This document shows, piece by piece, positions 37,269 through 46,642 of a stretch of DNA of 64,000 bases. Origin of the DNA: Candidatus Kaiserbacteria bacterium (lineage in GTDB: Bacteria > Patescibacteriota > Minisyncoccia > Phycocordibacterales > UBA2100). Below the pieces are notes generated by a model. It searched no databases. It saw only the letters and a program-made list of their open reading frames with translations, and was not told where the DNA came from. Each line of letters opens with the position of its first letter. The stretch's first letter is position 1. The stretch is taken from positions 31,335 to 95,334 of the forward strand of contig JACPLC010000002.1 of NCBI GenBank assembly GCA_016186695.1. The letters run 5' to 3'. The position numbers were made by a program, and so were the translations under genes.

Positions 37269-38164
37269 GAATCTTGGTGACAGGCGGTACAGGGTTCATC
37301 GGCTCGAATATCGTGCGAAAGCTCATTGAGCTCGGGCATGAGGTGCTCATCACGGGCACAGATGACGAGCAGACGATACAGGATCCGAGGGTTACACTTC
37401 TCGATCTTGCGGCTCTCGGGAAAGAGCCGAAGACGCTCGGACATGTTGATGCGGTCTTCCACGAAGCAGCCGATAACGATACGACATCACTCGATCGCAA
37501 TGGAATGATGCGCGCGAACGTTGACCTATCGCTTCTTGTTTTCGAACGCGCTGTCGAAAACGGATGTCGTAACATCGTCTACGCCTCCTCGACCGCCGTG
37601 TACGGCAACGGCCCCGCGCCGTACAAAGAGGATCAGCCGCTTCAGCCGCTGAATCCGTACGCAGAATCGAAGAAACTGCTCGAAGAGGAAGCGAGTGCAT
37701 TCGGCAAAGCTCACACGGATGTCACCATGGTCGGCCTTCGCTACTGCAACGTCTACGGGCCGGGGGAGTCGCACAAGGGGAAGCGCGCGAGCATGATCTA
37801 CCAGTTGGCGCAGCAGATGAAGACAGGAAACCCGAGAATCTTTCGCGACGGCACGCAGAAGCGCGACTACATATACGTCAAAGATGTTGTACGGGCAAAC
37901 CTTCTGGGGCTCGAAGCTAAGGAAAGCTGCGTCGTGAACTGCGGCTCGGGAAGCGCGACATCCTTCAATGATCTCGTGAAAATTCTTAATGCAACGCTCG
38001 GCACGTCGAGAATTCCCGCATATGTAGATAACCCGTATGAAGGGCGCTACCAAAACCACACTGAATGCGATATGACACTTGCCAAAGAAAAACTCGGCTT
38101 CATCCCCGAATTCGACATCCAAAAAGGCATCGCTAATTACTTCGCCAGCGGTAGGCTTCTCTAG
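37265..38164 (+). CDS. hldD: ADP-L-glycero-D-manno-heptose 6-epimerase-like SDR
   Basis: TGGTGFIGS, YASSTAVYG, PLNPYAESK, LRYCNVYGPGESHKGKRASM, YQNHT. Confidence 0.8.
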   Translation: MRILVTGGTGFIGSNIVRKLIELGHEVLITGTDDEQTIQDPRVTLLDLAALGKEPKTLGHVDAVFHEAADNDTTSLDRNGMMRANVDLSLLVFERAVENGCRNIVYASSTAVYGNGPAPYKEDQPLQPLNPYAESKKLLEEEASAFGKAHTDVTMVGLRYCNVYGPGESHKGKRASMIYQLAQQMKTGNPRIFRDGTQKRDYIYVKDVVRANLLGLEAKESCVVNCGSGSATSFNDLVKILNATLGTSRIPAYVDNPYEGRYQNHTECDMTLAKEKLGFIPEFDIQKGIANYFASGRLL

Positions 38165-38167
38165 CGG

Positions 38168-38767
38168 CTACCTTCGGCGTGGGGAAGGGTTTTGCACCTG
38201 CGAGGTGTAGATGCAGTTTACCTGCTGGCTCGGGTCAATTTTCAGAGGTGGGATTCCATGTGCGGTTGCGAGGGCTGCATACTCCTCGGCAGAAATCCTG
38301 ACAGCAATTTCTTGTTCGTCGAGCATACACGATTGATAGTAGCTATTTTCAATCTGGTGAACCTCTCTCATGCCGGTCGGTTTTGTCGAACTCTCTACAT
38401 AATGCGGACTGACGCACTTTGGAGCCGCAGGTGTTGATGTTGCGGTTATCCCGGCGCCTACGTATGCGACGTACTTATTTGTTGATGCTTGGAAGTAGTA
38501 GTCGCCGATGTGGAGTAGTCCGTCAGGGGTGTCGAATCCGGTCGTACCGAATGCTGAAGGGCAGGGAACGGTTACTGCACGGCGAGAGGATGGAGCCTGA
38601 TTGAAAACTGGCCGCCAGCAAAACATTTCATTTGTACACATAGCCCTCGCACTCGTTCGCACCCCGATCGAGCGATCTGCATCGGTGAATGAGAACAACG
38701 AAAGACTAATCAGTAATGCGGCCGCAATTATAGATAAAGCACCAAGGAGACTGGAGCTAACTCTCAT
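38168..38767 (-). CDS. Secreted Cys-containing hypothetical protein
   Basis: Signal-peptide-like N-terminus, six Cys; shares motifs with the C-terminal domain of 26117-26860. Confidence 0.65.
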   Translation of the reverse strand: MRVSSSLLGALSIIAAALLISLSLFSFTDADRSIGVRTSARAMCTNEMFCWRPVFNQAPSSRRAVTVPCPSAFGTTGFDTPDGLLHIGDYYFQASTNKYVAYVGAGITATSTPAAPKCVSPHYVESSTKPTGMREVHQIENSYYQSCMLDEQEIAVRISAEEYAALATAHGIPPLKIDPSQQVNCIYTSQVQNPSPRRR

Positions 38768-38952
38768 AATAGAGTCAGCGTACGCCCACCGCTTTCTCGC
38801 GCAAGGCTGACGTCAGAGCGCGCTTCACGCAGACTCGGCTGTCAAATTCTGCCCGTTAGCGCTACTGCTACTTAGTGCGTTCGAGGAGCGAGGTTGTGAA
38901 GAGGCCTTTGATGCGAGGAGCAAGAACGGCTCAATGTGCTATACTGCTCGCC

Positions 38953-39150
38953 ATGGTTTCTGTAATCGCAACAATACCCAAGAAAGTGAGCGGCGGGGAT
39001 GACCTCGTGGTCATTCGGCGTGAAGATTTCGAGGCGTTTCAGAAGTGGCAGGTGGAGGTGGATGACGCTCTTGCAAAGATTGAGCGCGGTCGCACCGAAT
39101 ACCGACGCGGAAAAGCGGTTCGCGCCTCATCTCCCCGAAAATTCCGGTAA
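38953..39150 (+). CDS. Putative antitoxin (65 aa)
   Basis: Small ORF directly upstream of a RelE-like toxin; TIPK..DDLVVI.R..FE..G..EY..GK pattern; TGCTATACT 7 nt upstream. Confidence 0.7.
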   Translation: MVSVIATIPKKVSGGDDLVVIRREDFEAFQKWQVEVDDALAKIERGRTEYRRGKAVRASSPRKFR

Positions 39151-39161
39151 GCTGTTGAAAT

Positions 39162-39425
39162 ATGGCAATCGGGCGCGTGTACTACTCGTCCGACTTTCGG
39201 AAAGCGTATCGCGCTTTACCGAAGCGGCTGCAGAACATCATCGATAGGAAGGACGCTCTTTTTCGCACCGATCCGTTCAGTCCCTCTCTCCGTACACACA
39301 AGCTGCATGGCCCGCTTCAGGGATTATGGTCGTTTAGCATCAACCGCGAGTATCGTGTGCTCTTCGAGTTCGTGAAAGATGGAGCACTCTTTTTAGATGT
39401 TGGAACACATCGGATTTACCAATGA
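39162..39425 (+). CDS. Type II toxin, RelE/YafQ-like mRNA interferase
   Basis: YSSDFRKAYR, PSLRTHKLHG, WSFSINREYRVLF, DVGTHRIY. Confidence 0.88.
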   Translation: MAIGRVYYSSDFRKAYRALPKRLQNIIDRKDALFRTDPFSPSLRTHKLHGPLQGLWSFSINREYRVLFEFVKDGALFLDVGTHRIYQ

Positions 39426-39494
39426 TGCTTTGATCCTATCTCCGTTCGATGCGATTGAGCAACAAAGTTGTTGAACGGGCTTTGAAGTGAGGCG

Positions 39495-40073
39495 CTACGT
39501 CAGCAGGGAATGGTAATGCGTGACGGTTCTGATGACGGCGCTCGTAGAGCGGCCCTTGTGGAACGGAGCGAGCACGACGCGGCCTCCATATGATCGAACA
39601 GCTTTTCTTTCGACGATCTCGCGCATCGAGCGGTCGGCGCCTTTGACATGCACGTCAGGTTTTAAGATCTTGAGCCAGCGCATCGGCGTCGTGTCGTCGA
39701 AGATAAAGACGGCGTCGACAGAGCGAAGTGAGGCCACGACTTCAGCACGCTCGCGCTCAGGGCAGATGGGGCGTCCGACACCTTTGAGTTTTCGCACCGA
39801 ATCGTCGGAGTTCACGCCGACGATAAGCAGATCGCCAAGCTTTTTGGCGTAGGAAAGGTACCGCACATGGCCAACGTGCAGAATATCGAAGCAGCCGTTC
39901 GTTGTGACAATTTTCGAGCCCCTTTCTTTCGCGCGTTGCACGAGTCGCACTATTTTCGGAAACGGAAGGATGCGCGCTTTCCTGCCCGCGCTTTTTGAGG
40001 TACGCTGCAAGCGCGAAGTCTTCACACGTGTATGGGGAGAACCACTATTTTTACCTCGGCGTTTTCGCGTCAT
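39495..40073 (-). CDS. Heptose-1-phosphate adenylyltransferase (HldC / RfaE domain II)
   Basis: TNGCFDILHVGH, VGVNSDDSVRKLKG..RP, PDVHVKG, STS; start uncertain (ATG 40073 or GTG 40025). Confidence 0.9.
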   Translation of the reverse strand: MTRKRRGKNSGSPHTRVKTSRLQRTSKSAGRKARILPFPKIVRLVQRAKERGSKIVTTNGCFDILHVGHVRYLSYAKKLGDLLIVGVNSDDSVRKLKGVGRPICPERERAEVVASLRSVDAVFIFDDTTPMRWLKILKPDVHVKGADRSMREIVERKAVRSYGGRVVLAPFHKGRSTSAVIRTVTHYHSLLT

Positions 40074-40610
40074 AGAGATGTGGTGGAGGCAAGTATGCAG
40101 CACATCTTGCCCGATGTCGAACGCGCCGGCGCTCTCTTACTACGCGCGCTCAAGGCCAAGAAGAAAGTACTCGTGTGCGGCAACGGCGGCTCCGCCGCCG
40201 ATAGCCAGCATTTTGCTGCCGAATTGGTCGGGCGCTACAAAAATGAGCGCGAAGCGCTTCCCGCTATCGCGCTTACCGTTGATTCCTCTATGCTCACATC
40301 AATTGGCAACGACTATGGATTCGAACAGATTTTTTCGCGACAAACAGAGGCACTTGGCTCGAAAGGAGATGTGCTTGTAGCAATTTCCACTAGTGGCGCC
40401 TCGAGGAACGTGCTCGAAGCAATCAGTGCCGCGCGAAAGAAAAAGATGCGCGTTGTCGTGCTTACGGGCGAGAAGGGGAAGGCCTTGTGGCGGAAGGTGA
40501 ATGTCGCGATTGTCGTTCCCTCGCGCGAGACGGCTCGGATTCAGGAAATGCACGAGCTCATTTTTCATGCATGGTGTGAATTCATTGATGCGAATTTTTT
40601 GAAGGCATGA
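40032..40610 (+). CDS. gmhA: Sedoheptulose-7-phosphate isomerase
   Basis: CGNGGSAADSQHFAAEL, NDYGF..IFSRQ, ISTSG.S.N, RIQEMH. Confidence 0.95.
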   Translation: MGRTTIFTSAFSRHRDVVEASMQHILPDVERAGALLLRALKAKKKVLVCGNGGSAADSQHFAAELVGRYKNEREALPAIALTVDSSMLTSIGNDYGFEQIFSRQTEALGSKGDVLVAISTSGASRNVLEAISAARKKKMRVVVLTGEKGKALWRKVNVAIVVPSRETARIQEMHELIFHAWCEFIDANFLKA

Positions 40611-41167
40611 AGTTGAGCGCAGTATTTTTGGACCGCGACGGCGTCATCAATGAGGATGTGGGCTTTGCGAGCCGGCGGAAAGAGGCGCCGCTTCTCTCCG
40701 GTGTTGCTTCTGCCATCCGCCTGCTCAACGAGCAGGACATTCCCGTGTTCGTCGTTTCGAATCAGGCCGGCATTGCGCGCGGCCATCACACTGAAGATGA
40801 TGCACATCACTTCAATGAATCGCTCGCTGCGCAACTGAAAGATGAGGGTGCGCATATCGAAGACTGGTACTTTTGTCCGCACCATCCCGAAGGTTCGATA
40901 GAAGAGTATGCGATCGACTGCGATTGCCGGAAGCCAAAGACAGGACTCCTCGAGAGGGCGGCGAAAGAACACGGCGTTGAACTTTCCCGCTCTGTCATGA
41001 TTGGAGACAAGATGATCGACATCGAAGCAGGCAGGGCCGTTGGTGCGCGGACGATACTCGTGCTGACGGGGCAGGGCAAGCGCGAGTGGACGGCGTGGAA
41101 GGCGGATTTCAAACCCGCGTATGTTGCAAAAGACCTCACAGGGGCGATGGCGTGGCTCCTCGCATAA
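40607..41167 (+). CDS. gmhB: Heptose-1,7-bisphosphate phosphatase (HAD)
   Basis: FLDRDGVIN, SNQAGIARG, CPHHP, CDCRKP, MIGD. Confidence 0.93.
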   Translation: MKLSAVFLDRDGVINEDVGFASRRKEAPLLSGVASAIRLLNEQDIPVFVVSNQAGIARGHHTEDDAHHFNESLAAQLKDEGAHIEDWYFCPHHPEGSIEEYAIDCDCRKPKTGLLERAAKEHGVELSRSVMIGDKMIDIEAGRAVGARTILVLTGQGKREWTAWKADFKPAYVAKDLTGAMAWLLA

Positions 41168-41206
41168 GAGGGGTAAATATGCCCATACTGTGCTAGGTTT
41201 ATCGCA

Positions 41207-43009
41207 ATGGAGGGTATCGAGAAGTTCCACATCTACCGCCAGCTCATAGCCGTCGCGCGCCTCGCGCGGAAAGCCTATGCGCCGTACCGCGCGCAGATCC
41301 TCGCACTCACAGGCTTGGGATTCATCGGCGGCATTCTTGAAGGCATTGGCATCAACGCCATCATTCCGCTCCTTACCTCTGCGCTCGGGCTCCAATCGCC
41401 GGCGACCGACATGATCTCGCAGGTGATACAAACCGTGTTCACGTGGGCGCATGTGCCGTTCGTCCCGCGTTACCTGCTTGCATTCATCGTTATTCTTTTT
41501 ATCGGCAAGGCAACGATGTCGCTTTGGATCAGCTACATTCAAATCCGCATCACGAACGAGTATGAACGCGCAACACGCGCAAAACTATTTTCCATGGTCT
41601 TGGATGCCTCGTGGCCGTATCTCCTTCGCCAGAAGCTCGGCAACCTCGAAACGCTTCTCATGATAGATACGCCGGCCGCGACCTCGCTCCTCTCGAAGCT
41701 TAGCTTCACCATCACGCTCCTCACGGGGCTTTTGATGTATCTTGCGGTCGCATTCTCGATCTCGCCCATTGTCACGTTCTGGACGCTCGTTATCGGGGCG
41801 TTGGTGTTCGTCTCTCTCCGCTCCCTCATCGATCGGGTGCATGGCATATCGCGATCGCGCACCGAAAGCTATCGGGACACGATGCATCATGTCACCGAGC
41901 ACGTGGGGGGCCTGAAGAGCGTGAAGGCATACGGTGTTGAGCGCTCCGCGATCGCGCTGGGGAACAGCCTTTTTGAACGCATCAAGAAACTCACGATGCG
42001 CATCGCGATGTTTCAGGCTACCGCGACACAGGTCGTTGCGCCGATCGGCGTTATCTACATAGCCGTGATCCTTTCGCTCGCGTTCAAGACCGAGTTCATT
42101 TCGGTCGCTGCACTGCCGGCGATACTCTACCTTATCTATCGGATCTTCACGTATGTGCAGCAACTGCAGAACAACGTGCAATATATTTCGGAACTTTCGC
42201 CGCACCTCGAACGCGTCATTCTCTATGAGAGCGATGCCGCGGGGGGTGTGCCACCTGTTTCCGGCGATAAGCCCTTTGTGTTCAACGAGAAGCTTCTGTT
42301 CGACAAGGTCACGTTCGCATACCTGCAGGGGAAGGATGTGCTGAAAAATGTCTCATTCACGATACGAAAAGGCTCGATGGTAGGCATTGTGGGTCCATCG
42401 GGAGCGGGTAAGACGACGACGGTTGATCTCATCCTGCGGCTACTTCTGCCGACCAAAGGCGCGATCTCGCTTGACGGTGTCGATTGCCGCGATATTTCTT
42501 TATCGGAATGGCGCGAGAACGTCGCGTATGTCTCGCAAGACCTCTTTCTCCTCCACGACACGATCCGCAACAACATCCGCTTCTACGATGATTCCATCTC
42601 GGAGAGCCAGGTATGGGATGCCGCAAAGAAGGCACACATTGACGGATTCATCAAGGCCTCTCCGGAGGGTCTCGATACGCTCGTGGGCGAACGCGGCATT
42701 CGCTTGAGCGCCGGTGAGCGTCAGCGCATCGTTATCGCTCGCGCTCTTGCCAGGAAGCCCGAGCTTCTCATTCTCGATGAGGCGACAAGCGCTCTCGACA
42801 ACGAATCGGAGGCGCACATAAAGAAAGTTATCGAGGAGTTGAAAGGACACATCACCATCGTCGCGATCGCGCACCGCCTCTCGACGATCATGGGCTCCGA
42901 CTCACTCATCGTGCTCTCCGATGGTGTGCTCGTGGAGGAAGGCCCGCCGCGCAAACTGCTCGCGGATACGAGCTCGTATTTCTACAAAGTCTATACCATC
43001 AATCAATGA
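41207..43009 (+). CDS. ABC transporter permease/ATPase (PglK/MsbA-like glycan flippase candidate)
   Basis: N-terminal TM domain, Walker A GPSGAGKT, LSAGERQR, ILDEATSALD, AHRLST. Confidence 0.9.
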   Translation: MEGIEKFHIYRQLIAVARLARKAYAPYRAQILALTGLGFIGGILEGIGINAIIPLLTSALGLQSPATDMISQVIQTVFTWAHVPFVPRYLLAFIVILFIGKATMSLWISYIQIRITNEYERATRAKLFSMVLDASWPYLLRQKLGNLETLLMIDTPAATSLLSKLSFTITLLTGLLMYLAVAFSISPIVTFWTLVIGALVFVSLRSLIDRVHGISRSRTESYRDTMHHVTEHVGGLKSVKAYGVERSAIALGNSLFERIKKLTMRIAMFQATATQVVAPIGVIYIAVILSLAFKTEFISVAALPAILYLIYRIFTYVQQLQNNVQYISELSPHLERVILYESDAAGGVPPVSGDKPFVFNEKLLFDKVTFAYLQGKDVLKNVSFTIRKGSMVGIVGPSGAGKTTTVDLILRLLLPTKGAISLDGVDCRDISLSEWRENVAYVSQDLFLLHDTIRNNIRFYDDSISESQVWDAAKKAHIDGFIKASPEGLDTLVGERGIRLSAGERQRIVIARALARKPELLILDEATSALDNESEAHIKKVIEELKGHITIVAIAHRLSTIMGSDSLIVLSDGVLVEEGPPRKLLADTSSYFYKVYTINQ

Positions 43010-44436
43010 CTATGCGGGTGATGCTCATCTGGCCGTCGGGCGATCCTGAAATCAACATACTGCTGGACCGTTTGCACAATGAGGGACATAGAATCGCCTA
43101 CTGGGTGGGCGAACATCCGGTCGCGCATCTTGTGCCGCGAGGCTGCATTTTCCACGACCACTACGATGCGTGGGATGCGAAGCGGGCGGAATCGCTCCGC
43201 GACGCGGAGATTCCGCCGGCGAGTCCCGCACTCATTGAGTCGATGATAGCGAGCGAGTCGCTCATCCTCACGATGATGAACAAGCGCTACGATAGAGCGC
43301 CTGTTGATGAACGTAAACATGTCTATTACACGATGCTCGCATACTGGGACCACGTGCTCGAAATGGTGAAGCCCGACGTCGTCATCTACAATACCGTTCC
43401 GCACAGTATTTACAGCAATATTGTCTACGAGCTTGCAAAAAAACGCGGCATTCATACGCTCACCTTTGAAGAAACGTGGGTCGGAGGGCGCCTCATGTTC
43501 TACCGCGATTTTTGGAAGGGGAGCGATGGGTTTCGCGAGGCGCTCAAGAATATTCGCAAAAATAATGTCGAACTCTCCGAATTGCATCCCGAATTGCGCG
43601 AGTACTACGAGCGTCAAACAGGTAGAGAGAGCCAACGGAGCCCGTGGTACATGCATCGACAACGATCGGTAGGGGCAGGATTCGGGCTCTGGGCACATCG
43701 TGCGCGCATTGCCTTTCGCGCGCCGCACCTGATCTTTTCGAGAGCGTTTGGCCTCCTTGTACGATCGCTCCGCGCTGATCTACGCAGCGAATACGAGGCT
43801 CTTGTGCAAAGAGCAGAGGTCTCACGTCCATTTGTCTATTTTCCCCTCAACTTCCAGCCGGAGCGTACCACGAGCCCGCAGGGAGGAATATTTCACGATC
43901 AGATTCTTGCCGTAGAGACGCTCGCGGCGGCTCTTCCCGAGGGATGGGAGATACTCGTGAAGGAACATCCTTCGCAATGGTGGCTGCGGGGTAAAACCCG
44001 CTTCTCAAGTGCTCGCTACTCCGGATACTACGCACGACTCGCGGGCATCCCGAACGTAAAGCTCGTGCCCATTCATACGGACACGTTTGCTCTGACCGAC
44101 AACGCAAAAGTAGTTGCGACGATAACCGGTACCGCAGGATGGGAGGCACTTCTGCGCGGGAAATACGCGCTCGTATTCGGCATACCGTGGTATCGGGATT
44201 GTCCCGGCGTCTTACAAGTCCGTACTGTTGAAGAATGTAAAAAAGCGCTTGCGCTCGTACAAAAAAACCAGACGGTGCCTGCTACTGATGTTCTCTCTTT
44301 TCTCAAGGTCCTCGGTCAAGAGGGTACGCGGGCGTATCTCGTTTCTGCGCCGAATGCCCAGCCGGGAATACCGCTCGAGGAAAGCATGCGGGCGATTGCA
44401 GGCCGTCTGATTCGTGAATTGAGCACTCTTTCCTAG
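43006..44436 (+). CDS. KpsS-like capsule-biosynthesis protein (putative CMP-ulosonate transferase)
   Basis: YFPLNFQPE, VKEHP, TITGTAGWEAL..GK..LVFG. Confidence 0.7.
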   Translation: MTMRVMLIWPSGDPEINILLDRLHNEGHRIAYWVGEHPVAHLVPRGCIFHDHYDAWDAKRAESLRDAEIPPASPALIESMIASESLILTMMNKRYDRAPVDERKHVYYTMLAYWDHVLEMVKPDVVIYNTVPHSIYSNIVYELAKKRGIHTLTFEETWVGGRLMFYRDFWKGSDGFREALKNIRKNNVELSELHPELREYYERQTGRESQRSPWYMHRQRSVGAGFGLWAHRARIAFRAPHLIFSRAFGLLVRSLRADLRSEYEALVQRAEVSRPFVYFPLNFQPERTTSPQGGIFHDQILAVETLAAALPEGWEILVKEHPSQWWLRGKTRFSSARYSGYYARLAGIPNVKLVPIHTDTFALTDNAKVVATITGTAGWEALLRGKYALVFGIPWYRDCPGVLQVRTVEECKKALALVQKNQTVPATDVLSFLKVLGQEGTRAYLVSAPNAQPGIPLEESMRAIAGRLIRELSTLS

Positions 44437-44476
44437 GCACTTTTATGGCCGAGCGAGGCGTGGTACTGTGCGATGC

Positions 44477-45514
44477 ATGCGAAAAAGGAATACACGTAAC
44501 GTGACCTCTGGCAGCCTTTCAAGGCTCTTCAAAGGCAAGGTAATCCTCATAACGGGAGGCACGGGCTCGTTCGGTCGCGCGTGCGCGGAAGTACTTCTAA
44601 AAAAATACAATCCCAAAGTCGTGCGCATATACAGTCGCGATGAGCTGAAGCAATGGGAGATGGAGCGTGCATTCGGCGGATCAGTGAAACTACGCTTTCT
44701 CATCGGCGATGTGCGCGATGCCGGCCGCCTGAAGCGGGCGACCGAAGGTGTCGATATCCTCATTCACGCTGCCGCTCTCAAACACGTACCTGCATGCGAA
44801 TACAATCCGGTAGACGCTGTGCGCACCAACGTTGATGGCACTATCAACGTCATCAATGCCGCGCTCGACAACAACATCCCGCACGTCATCATGCTTTCGA
44901 CCGACAAAGCCGTGAACCCGACGAATATCTACGGCGCGACAAAGCTGTGCGCGGAGCGGCTCATCATCCAATCCAACAGCTACCGCGGCCCCTCACGGGC
45001 AACCCGTTTTTCCGTCGTGCGCTATGGCAATGTCTTGGGAAGTCGCGGCAGCGTGATCCCGCTTTTTCGCGAGCAGCGCGAGCGCGGCGAGGTAACGATC
45101 ACCGACGAACGTATGACGCGCTTTTGGATCACGCTGCCGCAGGCAGTTGATTTTGTTCTCTCAAGCCTCGGGTCAATGCAGGGCGGCGAGATATTCGTTC
45201 CGAAACTGCCTTCGATGCGTATTACCGACCTTGCATATGTTGTGGCACCAAAAGCAAAGCACAAGGTGATCGGGATCCGTGCCGGTGAGCGTTTGGATGA
45301 ATACCTCATGACACGGGAGGAAAGCCGCCGTGCATATGAAGATTCCGATCGTTACGTGATTGCTCCGGGCATGCATCCATGGCACTGGGATCAAAGCAGA
45401 CTGCGGGCTCTCAAGCAGGTAAAAAGGGATTTTGAATACAATTCGCGGGATAATCCGGAGGTGCTGAACAAAAGAGAATTGCAGAAGATCATCACAGACA
45501 ACCGGCTTGCATGA
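44477..45514 (+). CDS. pseB: UDP-GlcNAc 4,6-dehydratase (inverting)
   Basis: TGGTGSFG, SRDELKQ, HAAALK, STDKA, YGATK, VRYGNV.GSRGSV, RMTRFWITL; adjacent to pseC. Confidence 0.88.
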   Translation: MRKRNTRNVTSGSLSRLFKGKVILITGGTGSFGRACAEVLLKKYNPKVVRIYSRDELKQWEMERAFGGSVKLRFLIGDVRDAGRLKRATEGVDILIHAAALKHVPACEYNPVDAVRTNVDGTINVINAALDNNIPHVIMLSTDKAVNPTNIYGATKLCAERLIIQSNSYRGPSRATRFSVVRYGNVLGSRGSVIPLFREQRERGEVTITDERMTRFWITLPQAVDFVLSSLGSMQGGEIFVPKLPSMRITDLAYVVAPKAKHKVIGIRAGERLDEYLMTREESRRAYEDSDRYVIAPGMHPWHWDQSRLRALKQVKRDFEYNSRDNPEVLNKRELQKIITDNRLA

Positions 45515-46626
45515 TCCCTTATTCGAGGCAGGACATTGATGAACGTGACATAAAAGCTGTATCGCGGACGATGCGATCAGATTGGCTCACACAGGGTCCC
45601 GAGACAGAGAAGTTCGAGCGCTCTCTTGCAGGTTATTGCGGGGCGAAGTATGCAATCGCTGTGGCAAACGGAACGGCCGCGCTGCATGCAGCGTATGTTG
45701 CAGCTGGCATCAAAAAGGGCGATGAAGTGATTACGACCCCGCTGACTTTTTCTGCGACTTCGAACATGGCGCTCGCAGTAGGGGCAAAGGTAATTTTTGC
45801 AGACATCGATGAGAAAACGGGTAATCTCAATCCGGCTGAAGTGGCGCGAAAGATAACGAAACGAACGAAAGCTATCGTCGTGGTCGACTATGGAGGGAAT
45901 CCCGTAGATCTGCGTGCATTTCGCGCGCTTGCAAAAAAGCACTCACTCGTTCTTATCGAGGATGCCGCGCAGGCACTCGGCGCAACCTATCGTGGCAGGA
46001 AGATTGGCTCTGTCGCCGACATGACGACGTTCAGTTTTCATCCCGTGAAATCCATCACCACGGGCGAAGGTGGCGCAATTCTTACGGATCGAAAGGATTA
46101 TGCCGATACGCTCCGGCTTTTCCGCACGCACGGCATTCGGAAGGGAAATCCGAAACACCCCGCGTGGCATCAGGAAATGTTGCTACTCGGATTCAATTAT
46201 CGCCTTACCGATATGCAAGCGGCGCTCGGAAGTTCACAATTACGCCGGCTGAATACGTTCATCACAAAGCGTCGTGCTGCGGCATCGCGCTACTTCAAGC
46301 TTCTTAAAGGTAGTCGGCTGATTCTGCCGCCGGAGGATTCGCTTCGCTCGTCTGCTTGGCACCTTTTTCCCATACGGATTTCGAGAGGGCAGGTGAAGCG
46401 ACGCGATGAGGTGTTCGCAGGCATGCGGAGGCGCGGCATCGGCGTGCAAGTGCACCATGTGCCGGTTCACCTCCATCCATACTACCGGTCACTCGGATAC
46501 AAAAAGGGGCTGTGTCCGAAAGCGGAACAGTTTGCCGCCTCGGAGATCTCGCTCCCACTGTATCCCTCGATAACCGAGAGAGAGCAGCGATTCATCGTCA
46601 AGACGCTTTTACAATTACTCGGCTAA
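45511..46626 (+). CDS. pseC: UDP-4-amino-4,6-dideoxy-L-AltNAc transaminase
   Basis: MIPYSRQDI, SDWLTQGP, FSFHPVKSITTGEGG, LGFNYRLTD. Confidence 0.88.
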   Translation: MIPYSRQDIDERDIKAVSRTMRSDWLTQGPETEKFERSLAGYCGAKYAIAVANGTAALHAAYVAAGIKKGDEVITTPLTFSATSNMALAVGAKVIFADIDEKTGNLNPAEVARKITKRTKAIVVVDYGGNPVDLRAFRALAKKHSLVLIEDAAQALGATYRGRKIGSVADMTTFSFHPVKSITTGEGGAILTDRKDYADTLRLFRTHGIRKGNPKHPAWHQEMLLLGFNYRLTDMQAALGSSQLRRLNTFITKRRAAASRYFKLLKGSRLILPPEDSLRSSAWHLFPIRISRGQVKRRDEVFAGMRRRGIGVQVHHVPVHLHPYYRSLGYKKGLCPKAEQFAASEISLPLYPSITEREQRFIVKTLLQLLG

Positions 46627-46642
46627 AGCGTACTGTGAGTCT

